From positions 160,001 to 224,000 of the forward strand of contig CAWCKH010000004.1 of assembly GCA_963796055.1 (NCBI GenBank): DNA of 64,000 nucleotides, in the 5' to 3' direction. The position numbers were made by a program, and so were the translations under genes. The DNA comes from an uncultured delta proteobacterium. GTDB lineage: Bacteria; Myxococcota; Myxococcia; Myxococcales; Myxococcaceae. The notes under the pieces were generated by a model. That model was not told where the DNA came from. It saw only the letters and a list, made by a program, of their open reading frames with translations, and ran no database searches. Of this stretch, positions 17,825 to 27,474 are shown one piece after another. Numbering within the stretch: position 1 is the first letter of the stretch; each line of letters opens with the position of its first letter.

Positions 17825-18556
17825 ATGCGCATCCAGCCGGTGTCCGATCTCCACCTCGAGTTCGAGCAGGACCAGGGCCAGCGATTCGCTCTCTCGCTCC
17901 CGGTCCTCGGGGACGTCCTGGTCCTGGGCGGCGACATCCTCCCGCTGCTCCGCGCGACGCAGATCCGCGAGACGCTCGGTTGGTTCTGCCACCGCTTTCC
18001 CCGGGTCATCTACGTGGCTGGAAACCACGAGTACTACGAGACCAGTCCGGCGCCGGCCTCGGACCTCCTCGCCTCCTGCGCCAGGGAGTTCCCCAATCTC
18101 CACGTGCTGGACGCGGCGACGGTGGAGATCGACGGGACCCGCTTCGTCGGGGCCACCCTGTGGTACCCCCTCACCCCGGACGAGGCGAACTACCGGCCGT
18201 TCCTCGCCGACTTCGCGCTGATCCAGCAGTTCGTCCCCTGGGTCCACGAGACGCACGCCAGGCACCTGGCCTTCCTGGAGCAAACGGTGCGGCCCGGAGA
18301 CGTGGTGGTGACCCACTTCGTCCCCCACCCGAGGAGCATCGCGCCCCAGTTCGAGGGCTCGCCGCTCAACCGCTTCTTCGTCGCCGAGGACGCGGCCCCC
18401 CTGGTCGAGCACCGCGGCGCCCGGCTCTGGCTCCACGGCCACACCCACACCAGCTTCGACTACCGGGTAGGCGACACGCGGGTGGTCTGCAATCCGCGCG
18501 GCTACCCCGCCGAGCCGGGCACCTCGATGAACCCCGAGCTGATCATCGAGGTCTGA
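17825..18556 (+). CDS. Calcineurin-like metallophosphoesterase
   Basis: SDLHLE, GGDI, AGNHEYY, VTHF, HGHTH, CNPRGY motifs. Confidence 0.9.
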   Translation: MRIQPVSDLHLEFEQDQGQRFALSLPVLGDVLVLGGDILPLLRATQIRETLGWFCHRFPRVIYVAGNHEYYETSPAPASDLLASCAREFPNLHVLDAATVEIDGTRFVGATLWYPLTPDEANYRPFLADFALIQQFVPWVHETHARHLAFLEQTVRPGDVVVTHFVPHPRSIAPQFEGSPLNRFFVAEDAAPLVEHRGARLWLHGHTHTSFDYRVGDTRVVCNPRGYPAEPGTSMNPELIIEV

Positions 18557-18609
18557 ACCGCAGCGCGCCCCAGACCTCGTCCACGGCATGGGGAGCACCA
18601 GTGCCCAGC

Positions 18610-18729
18610 TCCGCTTCGAGCTCGGGGCCGGCTTTGGCCTGAACTCGGCGTTCGGCTCACCCCCGGTGGCGGGTCGTGTTCGGGGTCGAGGTGTTCAACC
18701 ACGACGCCCTGGACGCCGAGAGACGCTAG
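18610..18729 (+). pseudogene. Probable C-terminal remnant of an outer-membrane beta-barrel gene
   Basis: Reads LRFELGAGFGLNSAFGSP/RWRVVFGVEVFNHD... with one frameshift in a C run; no start or N-terminus. Confidence 0.35.
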
Positions 18730-18740
18730 AGTCTGCTCCC

Positions 18741-19061
18741 ATGTCGACCCCCGCGCTCCGGAACCCCACGGTGAAGGCCGCAATCGATGCGTTCCAGACG
18801 GGAAACCGGAAGGCCTGGTCCGCGCTGTTCGAGGACGATGCCGAGCTCTACGACGACGGGAGCCCCCGTAGCCTGGAGAAGTTCACCCGGGACGCCCTCG
18901 GTCACGAGCGCTTCACCTCCATCGAGCGGGTGGGCCAGGACGGGCTCGAGGTCATCGGGAAGTTCCACTCCGACCAGTGGGGCGACTTCCGGACGTACTT
19001 CCGCTTCCACCTCGCTCCGGACGGGAAGATTCACCGCTTGGACATCGGCCAGACCGAGTAG
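18741..19061 (+). CDS. SnoaL/NTF2-like protein
   Basis: VKAAIDAFQTGNRKAWSALFEDDAELYDDG...FHSDQWGDFRTYFRF..GKIHRLDIGQ. Confidence 0.8.
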   Translation: MSTPALRNPTVKAAIDAFQTGNRKAWSALFEDDAELYDDGSPRSLEKFTRDALGHERFTSIERVGQDGLEVIGKFHSDQWGDFRTYFRFHLAPDGKIHRLDIGQTE

Positions 19062-19204
19062 CGCACTCACCCGGCTCTTGCGGTCGGTCCAGCAGCGCTT
19101 CGAGCCCGTTGCGGTTGCTGGGGCCGCTCCTGCGCTGGAAGGCCCGGCGCGCCGAGGCGAGTGGGCGGAGCTGCTCCGGCGGTATGACGGTGACGGGTCC
19201 GTCA

Positions 19205-20512
19205 CTACGCGGCGCGCGCGTCCGAGCCAAGCGCCTCACCCGAACGAGAGAGCACGGCTCCGTAGAACCCATCCGTCCCCTGCCGGTGCGGAAGGGTGAC
19301 GAGGGCCGGCCCGCGGCGGAGCTCCGCGGCGATCGGCGCATCGACCGTGCGGAACTCCGGGTGTCCCTCGAGGAACGCACGGACCACGTCCTCGTTCTCC
19401 TCGTGCCGGAGGGTGCAGGTGGCGTACACCAGCCGACCGCCGGGCCGCACGCGCGGAGCGCCGGTCTCGAGGAGGCCGCGCTGGACCGCGGGCCACCCGG
19501 CGAAGGAGGCGACGTCGAGCCGCCAGCGGAGGTCCGGCCCGCGGCGCAGGGAGCCGAGGGCCGAGCACGGGGCGTCGACGAGGACGGCGTCGTAGGCCTC
19601 CTCGGGGACGCCGTGGAGGACCCGGACGGTGGCCGAAGCCCCCGCCCGCTCGGCGCGTTGCCGGAGCCGCTCGAGGGCCTCGCGGTCGATGTCGTACGCG
19701 TCCACCCGGCCCGAGCCCTGAAGCCCGGCGGCGAGGAGCAGGGTCTTCCCCCCCGCTCCGGCGCACAGGTCGAGGAGGTGCTGCCCGGGGCGGGCCTCCA
19801 CCAGGGCACCGACGAGCTGGCTCCCCTCGTCCTGGACCTCGAAGAGGCCCTCCTGGTGGGCGCGGAGCCCGAGGACGTTGGGCCGGCCCTCGAGGTGGAG
19901 CGCATCGGGCGCGTACCGGGCGTCGTGGCTGGGCAAGCCCTCGGCCCGGAGGCGCTCGGCGAGGGCGTCGCGGTCGAGGCGGAGCCGGTTGGCCCGGATG
20001 GTGACCGGTCCGGGGAGGTTGCACGCGGCGGCGAAGAGGGCCGCCTCCGGGCCCAGGGCGCGCTCGAGCTCGGGGACCAGTGCCTCGGGCCAGGAGAACC
20101 GGGTGGGCCAGTCCTCCGGCGCCGGACGGGGCTCGGGGAGGTCGGCACCGGTCCAGTCGCGGACGGACTCCCTCGGGAGGTGGGCGATGTCCCGGAGCAA
20201 CGCCGCGAGCAGGGCGGCCGGAGACTGCGAACCGGCGTGGTGCGCGAGGCGCCTGCGCCAGAGCGCGACGCCGAAGAGGCCCTCGGAGGCGACGGCGCGG
20301 TGGGTGGCGTCCCAGCCCGGATGGGAGCGGAGCAGGACCGTGAGCTGGCGCGCGGCGTCTGCCCCGTGGAGGACGGCGCCAAGCGCGTCGAGGAGCGGGC
20401 GACGGACCTCGGGGAGCTGCGACCAGTCGAGCTGGGCCAGCCGGTCCCTGGCGGCACGCTCGAGCGCCTGCACCGTGGGGAGCCGGGTCCCCGTGGAAGG
20501 CCGGGGCGTCAC
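19205..20512 (-). CDS. RsmB/NOP-family RNA m5C methyltransferase (start approximate)
   Basis: EVQDEGSQL, DLCAGAGGKT, VLVDAPCS, LVYATCTL..EENE, TDGFY motifs. Confidence 0.88.
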   Translation of the reverse strand: MTPRPSTGTRLPTVQALERAARDRLAQLDWSQLPEVRRPLLDALGAVLHGADAARQLTVLLRSHPGWDATHRAVASEGLFGVALWRRRLAHHAGSQSPAALLAALLRDIAHLPRESVRDWTGADLPEPRPAPEDWPTRFSWPEALVPELERALGPEAALFAAACNLPGPVTIRANRLRLDRDALAERLRAEGLPSHDARYAPDALHLEGRPNVLGLRAHQEGLFEVQDEGSQLVGALVEARPGQHLLDLCAGAGGKTLLLAAGLQGSGRVDAYDIDREALERLRQRAERAGASATVRVLHGVPEEAYDAVLVDAPCSALGSLRRGPDLRWRLDVASFAGWPAVQRGLLETGAPRVRPGGRLVYATCTLRHEENEDVVRAFLEGHPEFRTVDAPIAAELRRGPALVTLPHRQGTDGFYGAVLSRSGEALGSDARAA

Positions 20513-20665
20513 AGCGGAAGAATGCCCGATCGGCGGGGCAAGGGATGCACGGAGAGCGAAATGTCCTGCCCGTGGGGGCTGGAACGTCCTAGGCCCGGAT
20601 ACCCAGGGGACGGCCCGGAATGGGTCCGAGCCCGCCCCCGGGGCATGACGCGAGGCAACGAGCAC

Positions 20666-21022
20666 ATGAGCGACTTCGTCCTTCTGTTCCGGGCAACCGA
20701 GGAGAGCCGGCGGGCGGCGATGGGGACACCCGAGCGTGCCCAGCAGAGCCTGCAGGCGTGGAAGGCGTGGATTCAGAGTCTGGAGACCAAGGGCCACCTC
20801 AAGGCCCGGGGCCAACCGCTCGACGCCAGCGGGGCCGTGGTCCGCGGGAAGAAGCGCGCCGTCACCGACGGGCCCTACGCGGAGAGCAAGGACATCGTCC
20901 TGGGCTTCAACGTCATCTCGGCGCGGGACCTGGCCGAGGCGGTCGAGCTCGCGCGCGGCTGCCCGATGCTCGAGGGTGAGGGGGCGGTGGAGGTGCGGCC
21001 GATCGTCGATCTGGGGGTCTAG
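20666..21022 (+). CDS. YciI family (DGPF-type) protein
   Basis: VTDGPYAESKDIVLGF...AVELARGCP...VEVRPI. Confidence 0.88.
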   Translation: MSDFVLLFRATEESRRAAMGTPERAQQSLQAWKAWIQSLETKGHLKARGQPLDASGAVVRGKKRAVTDGPYAESKDIVLGFNVISARDLAEAVELARGCPMLEGEGAVEVRPIVDLGV

Positions 21023-21168
21023 GCGCCTCGCGCTATGGAGCCAGAGCGGCGCGGTGGCAGAGGGCCAGTCGCTCCTGGAGGGGTGCCTGCCAGAGTACCG
21101 GCGCTGGGGGCTCGCCGACACGCGGCTCGTCGCCTCGCTGGAGGCGATCCGCGCTCGGGAGCGGGGGT

Positions 21169-22362
21169 CTAGGTGAGCTTGACCGTCCGGGTGATCTGCT
21201 CGTTCGCTTCCCAGTAGGTGTGTCGCTTGGCGACGCGCGGGTCGTCCTTGGCTGGCTGGACCGTGCCCGTCTTGTCGACCGCCCGCGAGGTGATCGTGTG
21301 CTCGCCGGGAGCGGCATTCGCCCAGTCCAGGTGCCAGAACTTCCAGGCGAACTCGTGCTCGGCGCCGCGGTCGATGACCGCCGTCTTCCACGGTCCGTCG
21401 TCGACCCGGACCTCCACCCGGGCGACCGGCGCACCCCAGGCCGCGCCGTAGATCCGGTACTTCCCGTCCTGGACGGTCACCGTGGCGGCGATGGACTTGA
21501 GCAGGGAACGACCCACGGCAGTGCGCGTCCAGACCGACGTTCCGTCGGGGCGTGGCTCCTCCCGAACGGTCAGGTAGCGCTGTGCCTGGAACGGGCCCTC
21601 GAACCGCGCGTCCGTCACCTCGATGCGGGTGAGCCACTTCACGTTGGAGATGCCGAACCAGCGCGGGGCGATGAGGCGCAGCGGATGGCCGTTCGCCGCA
21701 GGCAGAGGCTGCCCGTTCATCTCGTAGCAGAGGAGGTTCGCGGGGTCGGTTGCCTCCGCCCAGGACATGCTCCGCGCGAAGGGCGCCTTGGCTTTGAACT
21801 CCCCCATCTTGTCGCCCAGCCCACCGATGTACTGGATTGGCTCCTCGCCCTGGTCGGCTCCGTAGAAGACGACCTCCACGCCATCGGGCTTCCGTCCCGC
21901 CTTCTGGAGCACGGCGGCCAGGGGCGTGCCCGTCCAGCGCGCGTTGCCGATGGCCCCCTGAAGGAAGGGGAAGCCGCTATTCCCGGAACACTCGAGGGCG
22001 AAGACGACCTCCTTCTTCGGCAGAGCCTTGATCGCGGCGAGGGTCAAGGTCTGCGGGCGCGCCACCCGTCCGGCGATCTCGAGCTTCCACTTTGCGACAT
22101 CGAACTCCGGGACGCCGTAGTGACCGACATGGAAAAACTTGTCGTTCGGGGTGATCCAGGAATCCGGATTCATCGTTTGCCAGTCGAGCTGGTTGAGACC
22201 CGCCAGCGGGGGAGGCGGCGCCGTGGGCTGGTCCACGAAGGGGATGGTCTTCTCTCCCGGACGGCCCCAGGCGAAGAGCGGGCTCTGGAAGAAGGCGATC
22301 GCGGCCAGCGTGCCTCCCGTCCGGATGAGAGCGTCACGGCGTGAGATGGTTTCGGCGTCCAA
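21169..22362 (-). CDS. Tat-exported sulfite oxidase-family molybdoenzyme (Moco + dimerisation domain)
   Basis: SRRDALI Tat motif; TPNDKFF, ECSGN (Mo-ligating Cys), GNARWTG, YEMNGQPLP..NGHPLRLI, VKWL. Confidence 0.9.
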   Translation of the reverse strand: MDAETISRRDALIRTGGTLAAIAFFQSPLFAWGRPGEKTIPFVDQPTAPPPPLAGLNQLDWQTMNPDSWITPNDKFFHVGHYGVPEFDVAKWKLEIAGRVARPQTLTLAAIKALPKKEVVFALECSGNSGFPFLQGAIGNARWTGTPLAAVLQKAGRKPDGVEVVFYGADQGEEPIQYIGGLGDKMGEFKAKAPFARSMSWAEATDPANLLCYEMNGQPLPAANGHPLRLIAPRWFGISNVKWLTRIEVTDARFEGPFQAQRYLTVREEPRPDGTSVWTRTAVGRSLLKSIAATVTVQDGKYRIYGAAWGAPVARVEVRVDDGPWKTAVIDRGAEHEFAWKFWHLDWANAAPGEHTITSRAVDKTGTVQPAKDDPRVAKRHTYWEANEQITRTVKLT

Positions 22363-22517
22363 GGTCGCGGCCCCTCCTGGTGAGTGCGGCGGATGGTAGC
22401 GGATCCGCCGGGCGGGGGTGGGCCGGTCTTCTGTTCCGCCCGGGCGGAGCCGGGTCTGTGACCTCCCGCGTCCTCGTCCGGTCGATGACGCGCCACGTCC
22501 AGCGTTAGGTTGGGCCC

Positions 22518-23123
22518 ATGCGGATCGCCATTCTGACCTTCGACGGGTTCAACGAGATCGATTCATTCGTTGCGTCCTACATGATCAATCGAGTCAAGCG
22601 TCCCGGGTGGAAGGCGGAGATCACCTGCCCCGAACCGGTGGTCGAGTCCGGTCGAGGCGTGCGGGTCAGCGCGCAGCAACCGCTCGAGTTCGCCAGCGAG
22701 GCCGACGCGGTGCTGGTCGGCAGCGGCAAGCTGACCGCGCAGCTCGCCGAGGATCGCGCCATCATGTCCCGCCTCGCGCTCGACCCGCGGCGACAGCTCC
22801 TCGGCTCCCAGTGCTCGGGCGCGTTGATGCTGGCGAAGCTCGGGGTGCTGGGAACCTTGCCGGCGTGCACCGACCGGCTGACCCGTCCGCTGGTCGAGGC
22901 GGCCGGAGTCCGGGTCCTGCAGCAGCCGTTCTTCGCCAGCGGCAACGTGGCCACCGCGGGTGGCTGCCTCTCCTCGCATTACCTCGCGGCCTGGTTCATC
23001 TGGCGGCTGGCCGGGCGCGCCGAGGCCGAGGAGGCGCTCGCCTACGTCGCCCCGGTCGGCGAGGAGTCGGACTACGTGACCCGCGCGATGCGAATCGTCG
23101 GCAGCTTCCTGGCGGAGCGGTAG
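22518..23123 (+). CDS. DJ-1/PfpI family protein
   Basis: LTFDGFNEID, SQCSG nucleophile elbow, ATAGGCL. Confidence 0.88.
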   Translation: MRIAILTFDGFNEIDSFVASYMINRVKRPGWKAEITCPEPVVESGRGVRVSAQQPLEFASEADAVLVGSGKLTAQLAEDRAIMSRLALDPRRQLLGSQCSGALMLAKLGVLGTLPACTDRLTRPLVEAAGVRVLQQPFFASGNVATAGGCLSSHYLAAWFIWRLAGRAEAEEALAYVAPVGEESDYVTRAMRIVGSFLAER

Positions 23124-23132
23124 GGCCGGGGT

Positions 23133-23282
23133 TCAGCGGCGCTTGAAGTACTGCACGGCCCGCTCATGCTTCTCGGCGGCGGCCCGACTGTCGAAGGTGC
23201 CCAGGTTCTTCCGCTTGCCTGTCCGGGGCTCCTTCTTCTTCGAGTAGAGACGGTACTTCCCCGACGACAGGCGACGGATCAT
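23133..23282 (-). CDS. Small basic 49-aa hypothetical protein
   Basis: MIRRLSSGKYRLYSKKKEPRTGKRKNLGTFDSRAAAEKHERAVQYFKRR; GGAG RBS upstream. Confidence 0.8.
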   Translation of the reverse strand: MIRRLSSGKYRLYSKKKEPRTGKRKNLGTFDSRAAAEKHERAVQYFKRR

Positions 23283-23392
23283 GTCGGATTCTCCAGGCGG
23301 AGGATGGAGACGCGGTTGCTCGGCGCAAGGGCCGATGATTCGTGTTCTCGCCGGGTGTCTCATCGGGGAAACCCATTCGAGAGGCCGATCCC

Positions 23393-23884
23393 ATGGCAAG
23401 CAAGCGAGGACAGAAGCTCTTTCCGCATCTCTGGTTCACGAAGGAGGCCGAGGAGGCGGCGCGGTTCTACGCCTCCATCTTTCCCGACTCCCGCGTGGAG
23501 CGGGTGATCCCCGTCCCGGCGGACACCCCGAGCGGCCCCGCGGGCTCGGTCACCATCGTCAACTTCACCCTCTTCGGGCAGCGATTGCAGGCCATCACCG
23601 CCGGCCCGCTCGACCCGTTCAACCACGCCATCTCCCTGGTGGTGGCGTGCGACGACCAGGCGGAGGTCGATCGGTACTGGGCGGCGCTGCTCCAGGGAGG
23701 CAAGGAGGAGCAGTGTGGCTGGCTCAAGGACCGCTACGGGGTGAGCTGGCAGATCGTCCCGGCGATCCTGGACGAGATGATCGCCGACACCGATCGGGCC
23801 CGCGCCCGCCGGGTGACCGAGGCCATGCTGAAGATGGTGAAGCTCGACATCGCGAAGCTGAAGGCGGCCTACGACGGCCGCTGA
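23393..23884 (+). CDS. VOC/PhnB (3-dmu-9_3-mt) family protein
   Basis: PHLWF..EAEEAARFY..IF, FNHAISL, QCGWLKDRYGVSWQIVP, MLKMVKLDIAKL. Confidence 0.9.
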   Translation: MASKRGQKLFPHLWFTKEAEEAARFYASIFPDSRVERVIPVPADTPSGPAGSVTIVNFTLFGQRLQAITAGPLDPFNHAISLVVACDDQAEVDRYWAALLQGGKEEQCGWLKDRYGVSWQIVPAILDEMIADTDRARARRVTEAMLKMVKLDIAKLKAAYDGR

Positions 23885-24027
23885 GCCGCCCGGCACATCG
23901 GCCGCGGGTCGCGCCGTGTCGCACCCTCACCTCCCTGAGGGGCGCCATCTCCGCGAGACTCATCGTGATGTGAAGGTAGCCACGACGCGCACCGCCGCGC
24001 ACCGGTGTCCACCGGATTCCGTCGCGC

Positions 24028-25857
24028 GTGGAAGCAGGCGATGCTCTCCTCGTGCGCGAGCGGGGTTCCTCGGTCCTCATCACGGCGTCGTCCGGTCTTC
24101 TGCTCGTCATTCTCACCGCGTGGGGATGCTCCGGGCGCGTCGACACGCAGTGCGCGTCGAGCACCGACTGCACCGGCGGTGCGAGCTGCATCGCGGGAGC
24201 GTGCGTCCTTCTCCCGCAGTGCTCTCGCTCGGGCGATTGCGACGCCGGCAACAGCTGCATCAACGCCAGATGCACGCCGGTGGGGAACCCCTGCTCCAGC
24301 AACCAGGCCTGCGCACCCGGCGCGAGCTGCAGCAGCCATGGCGTCTGCGCCCCGCCGAGCTGCACCAGCGCCATCGACTGCGGCCTGGAGCAGGTCTGCA
24401 TCGAGGGCGCTTGCGCTCCGGTGGGCACTCCCCTGCCGCCGGTTCCCGATGGGGGATTCCCCCCTCCACCCCCGGATGCCGGCCCGAAGTGCGTCAACCT
24501 CGAATGCGCGCAGGTCACCTGCTCCAACGGCACCACCACCACCGTCATGGGCTCGGTCTTCGATCCCAGCGGGCAGGTGCCGCTCTACAACGCCCTGGTC
24601 TACGTGCCCAACGGGGAAGTCAAGCCCTTCACCCCGGGCGTGACCTGCGACCGGTGCGGCAGCACCACCACCGGTGACCCGCTGGTGATCGCCCTCACCG
24701 ACGCCACCGGCGCCTTCACCCTGCGCAACGTCCCGGCGGGGACCAGCTTCCCCCTGGTGATGCAGATCGGGAAGTGGCGGCGGCAGGTCACCATCCCCGC
24801 AGTGCCCGCCTGCAGCGTCACCACGCTCACCGACCCGGGCTTGCAGCACCTTCCGCGCAATCACACCGAGGGCGACCTGCCCCAGTTCGCCATCGCCACC
24901 GGCTCGGCCGATCCCTTCGAGTGCCTGCTCCTCAAGATGGGCATCGACCCCGCCGAGTTCACCCGTCCCGACGCCGGTGGCCGCGTCCACATGTACGTGA
25001 CCCCGGTGGGCAATCCGCCGCCGCTGCGGCTCGATGGAGGCAGCCCCCTGGACTCGACCCTCTGGTCCACTGCCGGAACGCTGGCCAACTACGACGTGGT
25101 GCTCCTGCCCTGCGAGGGAAGCGAGTACCGCAAGCCGGCGCAGGCCATCCAGAACCTCGTGAACTACACCGCCACCGGCGGGCGTCTCTTCGTCACCCAC
25201 TACAGCTACGTCTGGACCGCCTTCGACGCCCCGTTCAACAGCGTGGCCAACTGGGTGCCGGACCCGGCGCAGAACACCAACCCGCCCGACCCGTTCTCCG
25301 GGATCGTCGACACCTCGTTCCCGAAGGGCGTCGCGTTCCAGGACTGGCTGTCCAACGTCGGGGCGCTGAGCGGCGGGACGTTGAGCATCCGCGAGGTGCG
25401 CGACGACGTGGGCCCGGTGAACCTCGACGCCGGCACCCGGTGGATCTACGGGCCGAATCCCAACAACAGCGTCACCCCGATCACCACCCAGCACCTCACC
25501 TTCAACACGCCCATCTCCCCGCCCCCGCAGCCGGACGGTGACGCCGGGGTGCAGTGCGGCCGGGTGGTGTTCAGCGACTTCCACGTGACGGCCGCCGGCC
25601 GCGACAGAAACAATAATTTCTTCCCCACTTCCTGCAAGGCGGGGGCGCTCACGCCACAGGAGAAGGCGCTGATCTTCATGCTCTTCGACGTGTCTTCGTG
25701 CGTGCAGGACGACCACCAGCCGCCCCAGGTCTGTCCGGGGCTCGGCGAGACCTGCTCCCCCACCCAGGCCTGCTGCAGCGGGCTCACCTGCCTCGGTCAG
25801 ACGCTGGCCCCGTGCGTCGCCGGCGAGCCTTGCAGCTGTTCGGTCCCGATCAACTGA
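24028..25857 (+). CDS. Cys-rich myxobacterial surface (lipo)protein with carboxypeptidase-regulatory-like domain (start uncertain)
   Basis: Possible lipobox AWGC; Dickkopf-like C-x3-DC repeats; LYNALVYVP, GKWRRQV, QCGRVVFSDFHV, QEKALIFMLFD blocks. Confidence 0.8.
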   Translation: MEAGDALLVRERGSSVLITASSGLLLVILTAWGCSGRVDTQCASSTDCTGGASCIAGACVLLPQCSRSGDCDAGNSCINARCTPVGNPCSSNQACAPGASCSSHGVCAPPSCTSAIDCGLEQVCIEGACAPVGTPLPPVPDGGFPPPPPDAGPKCVNLECAQVTCSNGTTTTVMGSVFDPSGQVPLYNALVYVPNGEVKPFTPGVTCDRCGSTTTGDPLVIALTDATGAFTLRNVPAGTSFPLVMQIGKWRRQVTIPAVPACSVTTLTDPGLQHLPRNHTEGDLPQFAIATGSADPFECLLLKMGIDPAEFTRPDAGGRVHMYVTPVGNPPPLRLDGGSPLDSTLWSTAGTLANYDVVLLPCEGSEYRKPAQAIQNLVNYTATGGRLFVTHYSYVWTAFDAPFNSVANWVPDPAQNTNPPDPFSGIVDTSFPKGVAFQDWLSNVGALSGGTLSIREVRDDVGPVNLDAGTRWIYGPNPNNSVTPITTQHLTFNTPISPPPQPDGDAGVQCGRVVFSDFHVTAAGRDRNNNFFPTSCKAGALTPQEKALIFMLFDVSSCVQDDHQPPQVCPGLGETCSPTQACCSGLTCLGQTLAPCVAGEPCSCSVPIN

Positions 25858-27170
25858 TGCGCTCCCCCTCCCGTCCACGTGCGTCCCTGGGTCCCCGGCC
25901 GCTGCTCGCTGCGGCGCTGTTCCTCGCGCTCGGCTGCCAGACCTACGACTTCGAGCCGGTGTCCCCGGTGAGCCTCGGCCAGACCACGACCTCGGTCAGC
26001 ATCAGCGCCAAGCAGCTGAAGCCCAACCTCATGCTGCTGCTCGATCGCTCCGGGTCGATGCGGCTGCCGTTCGACCCCACGCAAGCCGCCTGTGGCTCCT
26101 GCGGTCAGACCGGTCAGCCGTCGTGCGATCCGGTCGCCTGCCCGTCGCGGTGGGACGTCCTGACCACCACTGCGTCCGACTTTCTCAGCCAGCACGGGAC
26201 CGTGGCCCGCATGGGCGTGGCGTTCTACCCCTCGCTTTCCGGGGCCAACATCGTGGATCCCGGCAGCGGCAACCCGAGCAACTTCTGCGGGCCGTCCAGC
26301 AGCATCGACGTTCCGCTCCCCACCTCGGACGAGGACGCGGCGCTCCGGGACAACGCGACCGCGGTGGACTTCGCGATCAAGCGGGTGGGGGCGACCGCCT
26401 CGCCCCTGGCCGGCGGCGTGGGAGGCGGCACGCCTACCGGGGACAGCCTGGTCTACGTCGCCGATCACGCGAACTTCGGCTCCACCATCCAGCGTCAATC
26501 GTTCCTGCTGCTGATGACCGACGGTCTGCCCAACTGCAATCCAGCGTCCGGGCTCGACGCCAACGTGAACCCGGCGGCCTGCGACTGCACCGACGGGCCC
26601 ACCTCCACCGTCTGCACCTACTACCCGGTGCTCGACTGCAACGACTTCAACGAGACCGCGCGGAAGGTCTCGAACATCCGGGCCACGGGAGTGAAGACCA
26701 TCGTCATCGGGTTTGGGGACGTCTTCGGCTCCTCGGCGCAACGGTCCTTGCAGCAGATCTCGCTGGCCGGCGACTTCCAGCGCCGCTGTGCCGCCGGTGG
26801 AGGCGAGTGCGACCCGAATGACTCCTCCTGCTACCTGGAGACGAACCCCACGCTCTGCAGCGAGCAGTTCTTCCGCGCGGCGTCGAAGGAGCAGCTGTCC
26901 GCGGCGCTGGCGGCGGTGACCTCGGCGATCCTCCAGGGGAACCCGTGTCTGGTGGAGCTCGAGCCGGCGCCGGTGGATCCCACGTTCCTCACCGTGCTGG
27001 TGACCGAGAACGGCGTCACCACCGCCTACCCGTACCCCTCGGACGTGTGGACCTTCGCCGCGCTACCCGACGGGAACGCCACGCTGACCTTCAACGACCC
27101 GCTGTGCGCGACGATGAGGTCGGCCAGCGAGAACGTCAGCTACGAGATCCGCTCGGTCCACCAGCTCTGA
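25857..27170 (+). CDS. cglB: CglB-like adventurous gliding lipoprotein with VWA/MIDAS domain
   Basis: Lipobox followed by CQTYDFEPV (as recalled for CglB); MIDAS DRSGS, GGTPTG, LMTDGLPNCN; many Cys. Confidence 0.82.
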   Translation: MRSPSRPRASLGPRPLLAAALFLALGCQTYDFEPVSPVSLGQTTTSVSISAKQLKPNLMLLLDRSGSMRLPFDPTQAACGSCGQTGQPSCDPVACPSRWDVLTTTASDFLSQHGTVARMGVAFYPSLSGANIVDPGSGNPSNFCGPSSSIDVPLPTSDEDAALRDNATAVDFAIKRVGATASPLAGGVGGGTPTGDSLVYVADHANFGSTIQRQSFLLLMTDGLPNCNPASGLDANVNPAACDCTDGPTSTVCTYYPVLDCNDFNETARKVSNIRATGVKTIVIGFGDVFGSSAQRSLQQISLAGDFQRRCAAGGGECDPNDSSCYLETNPTLCSEQFFRAASKEQLSAALAAVTSAILQGNPCLVELEPAPVDPTFLTVLVTENGVTTAYPYPSDVWTFAALPDGNATLTFNDPLCATMRSASENVSYEIRSVHQL

Positions 27171-27196
27171 GTCCGCTGTAGCTCCGGCCCGCGCGG

Positions 27197-27357
27197 GTGG
27201 CGATTGCCGCGGACGCGGTGGCCCGGGCGATCGCCTTCACCATCGAGCAGCCCGAGGACGTGGGCGCGAGCTGGTGCGTCTGGAGGAGAACATCCGGCGG
27301 AAGGACATCGAGCTGAGGCGCGAAGGCCTCCGTGAAATCGACGACGCTGCGTCCGCA
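27197..27357 (+). pseudogene. Fused C-terminal remnants of an SDR oxidoreductase and an aldo/keto reductase
   Basis: VAIAADAVARAIAFTIEQPEDV (SDR C-end) followed by RLEENI...DIEL...LREIDDAAS (AKR C-end); no N-termini. Confidence 0.55.
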
Positions 27358-27474
27358 GGGTGGCGTATCGGTTCGAGAGGTTGGCCGACGAAGAGTAGGA
27401 ACTGGACAGCCGCGCATGGAGCTCTTCCAGCTGGCGCTCGTCGGTGCGCCGATTGCCCTGATGCCTGGAGCGCC

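Noticed and set aside
24148..24420. Repeating TGC-rich units that might be a CRISPR or tandem repeat
   Set aside because: These are protein-level Cys-rich repeats with no conserved DNA repeat-spacer structure.
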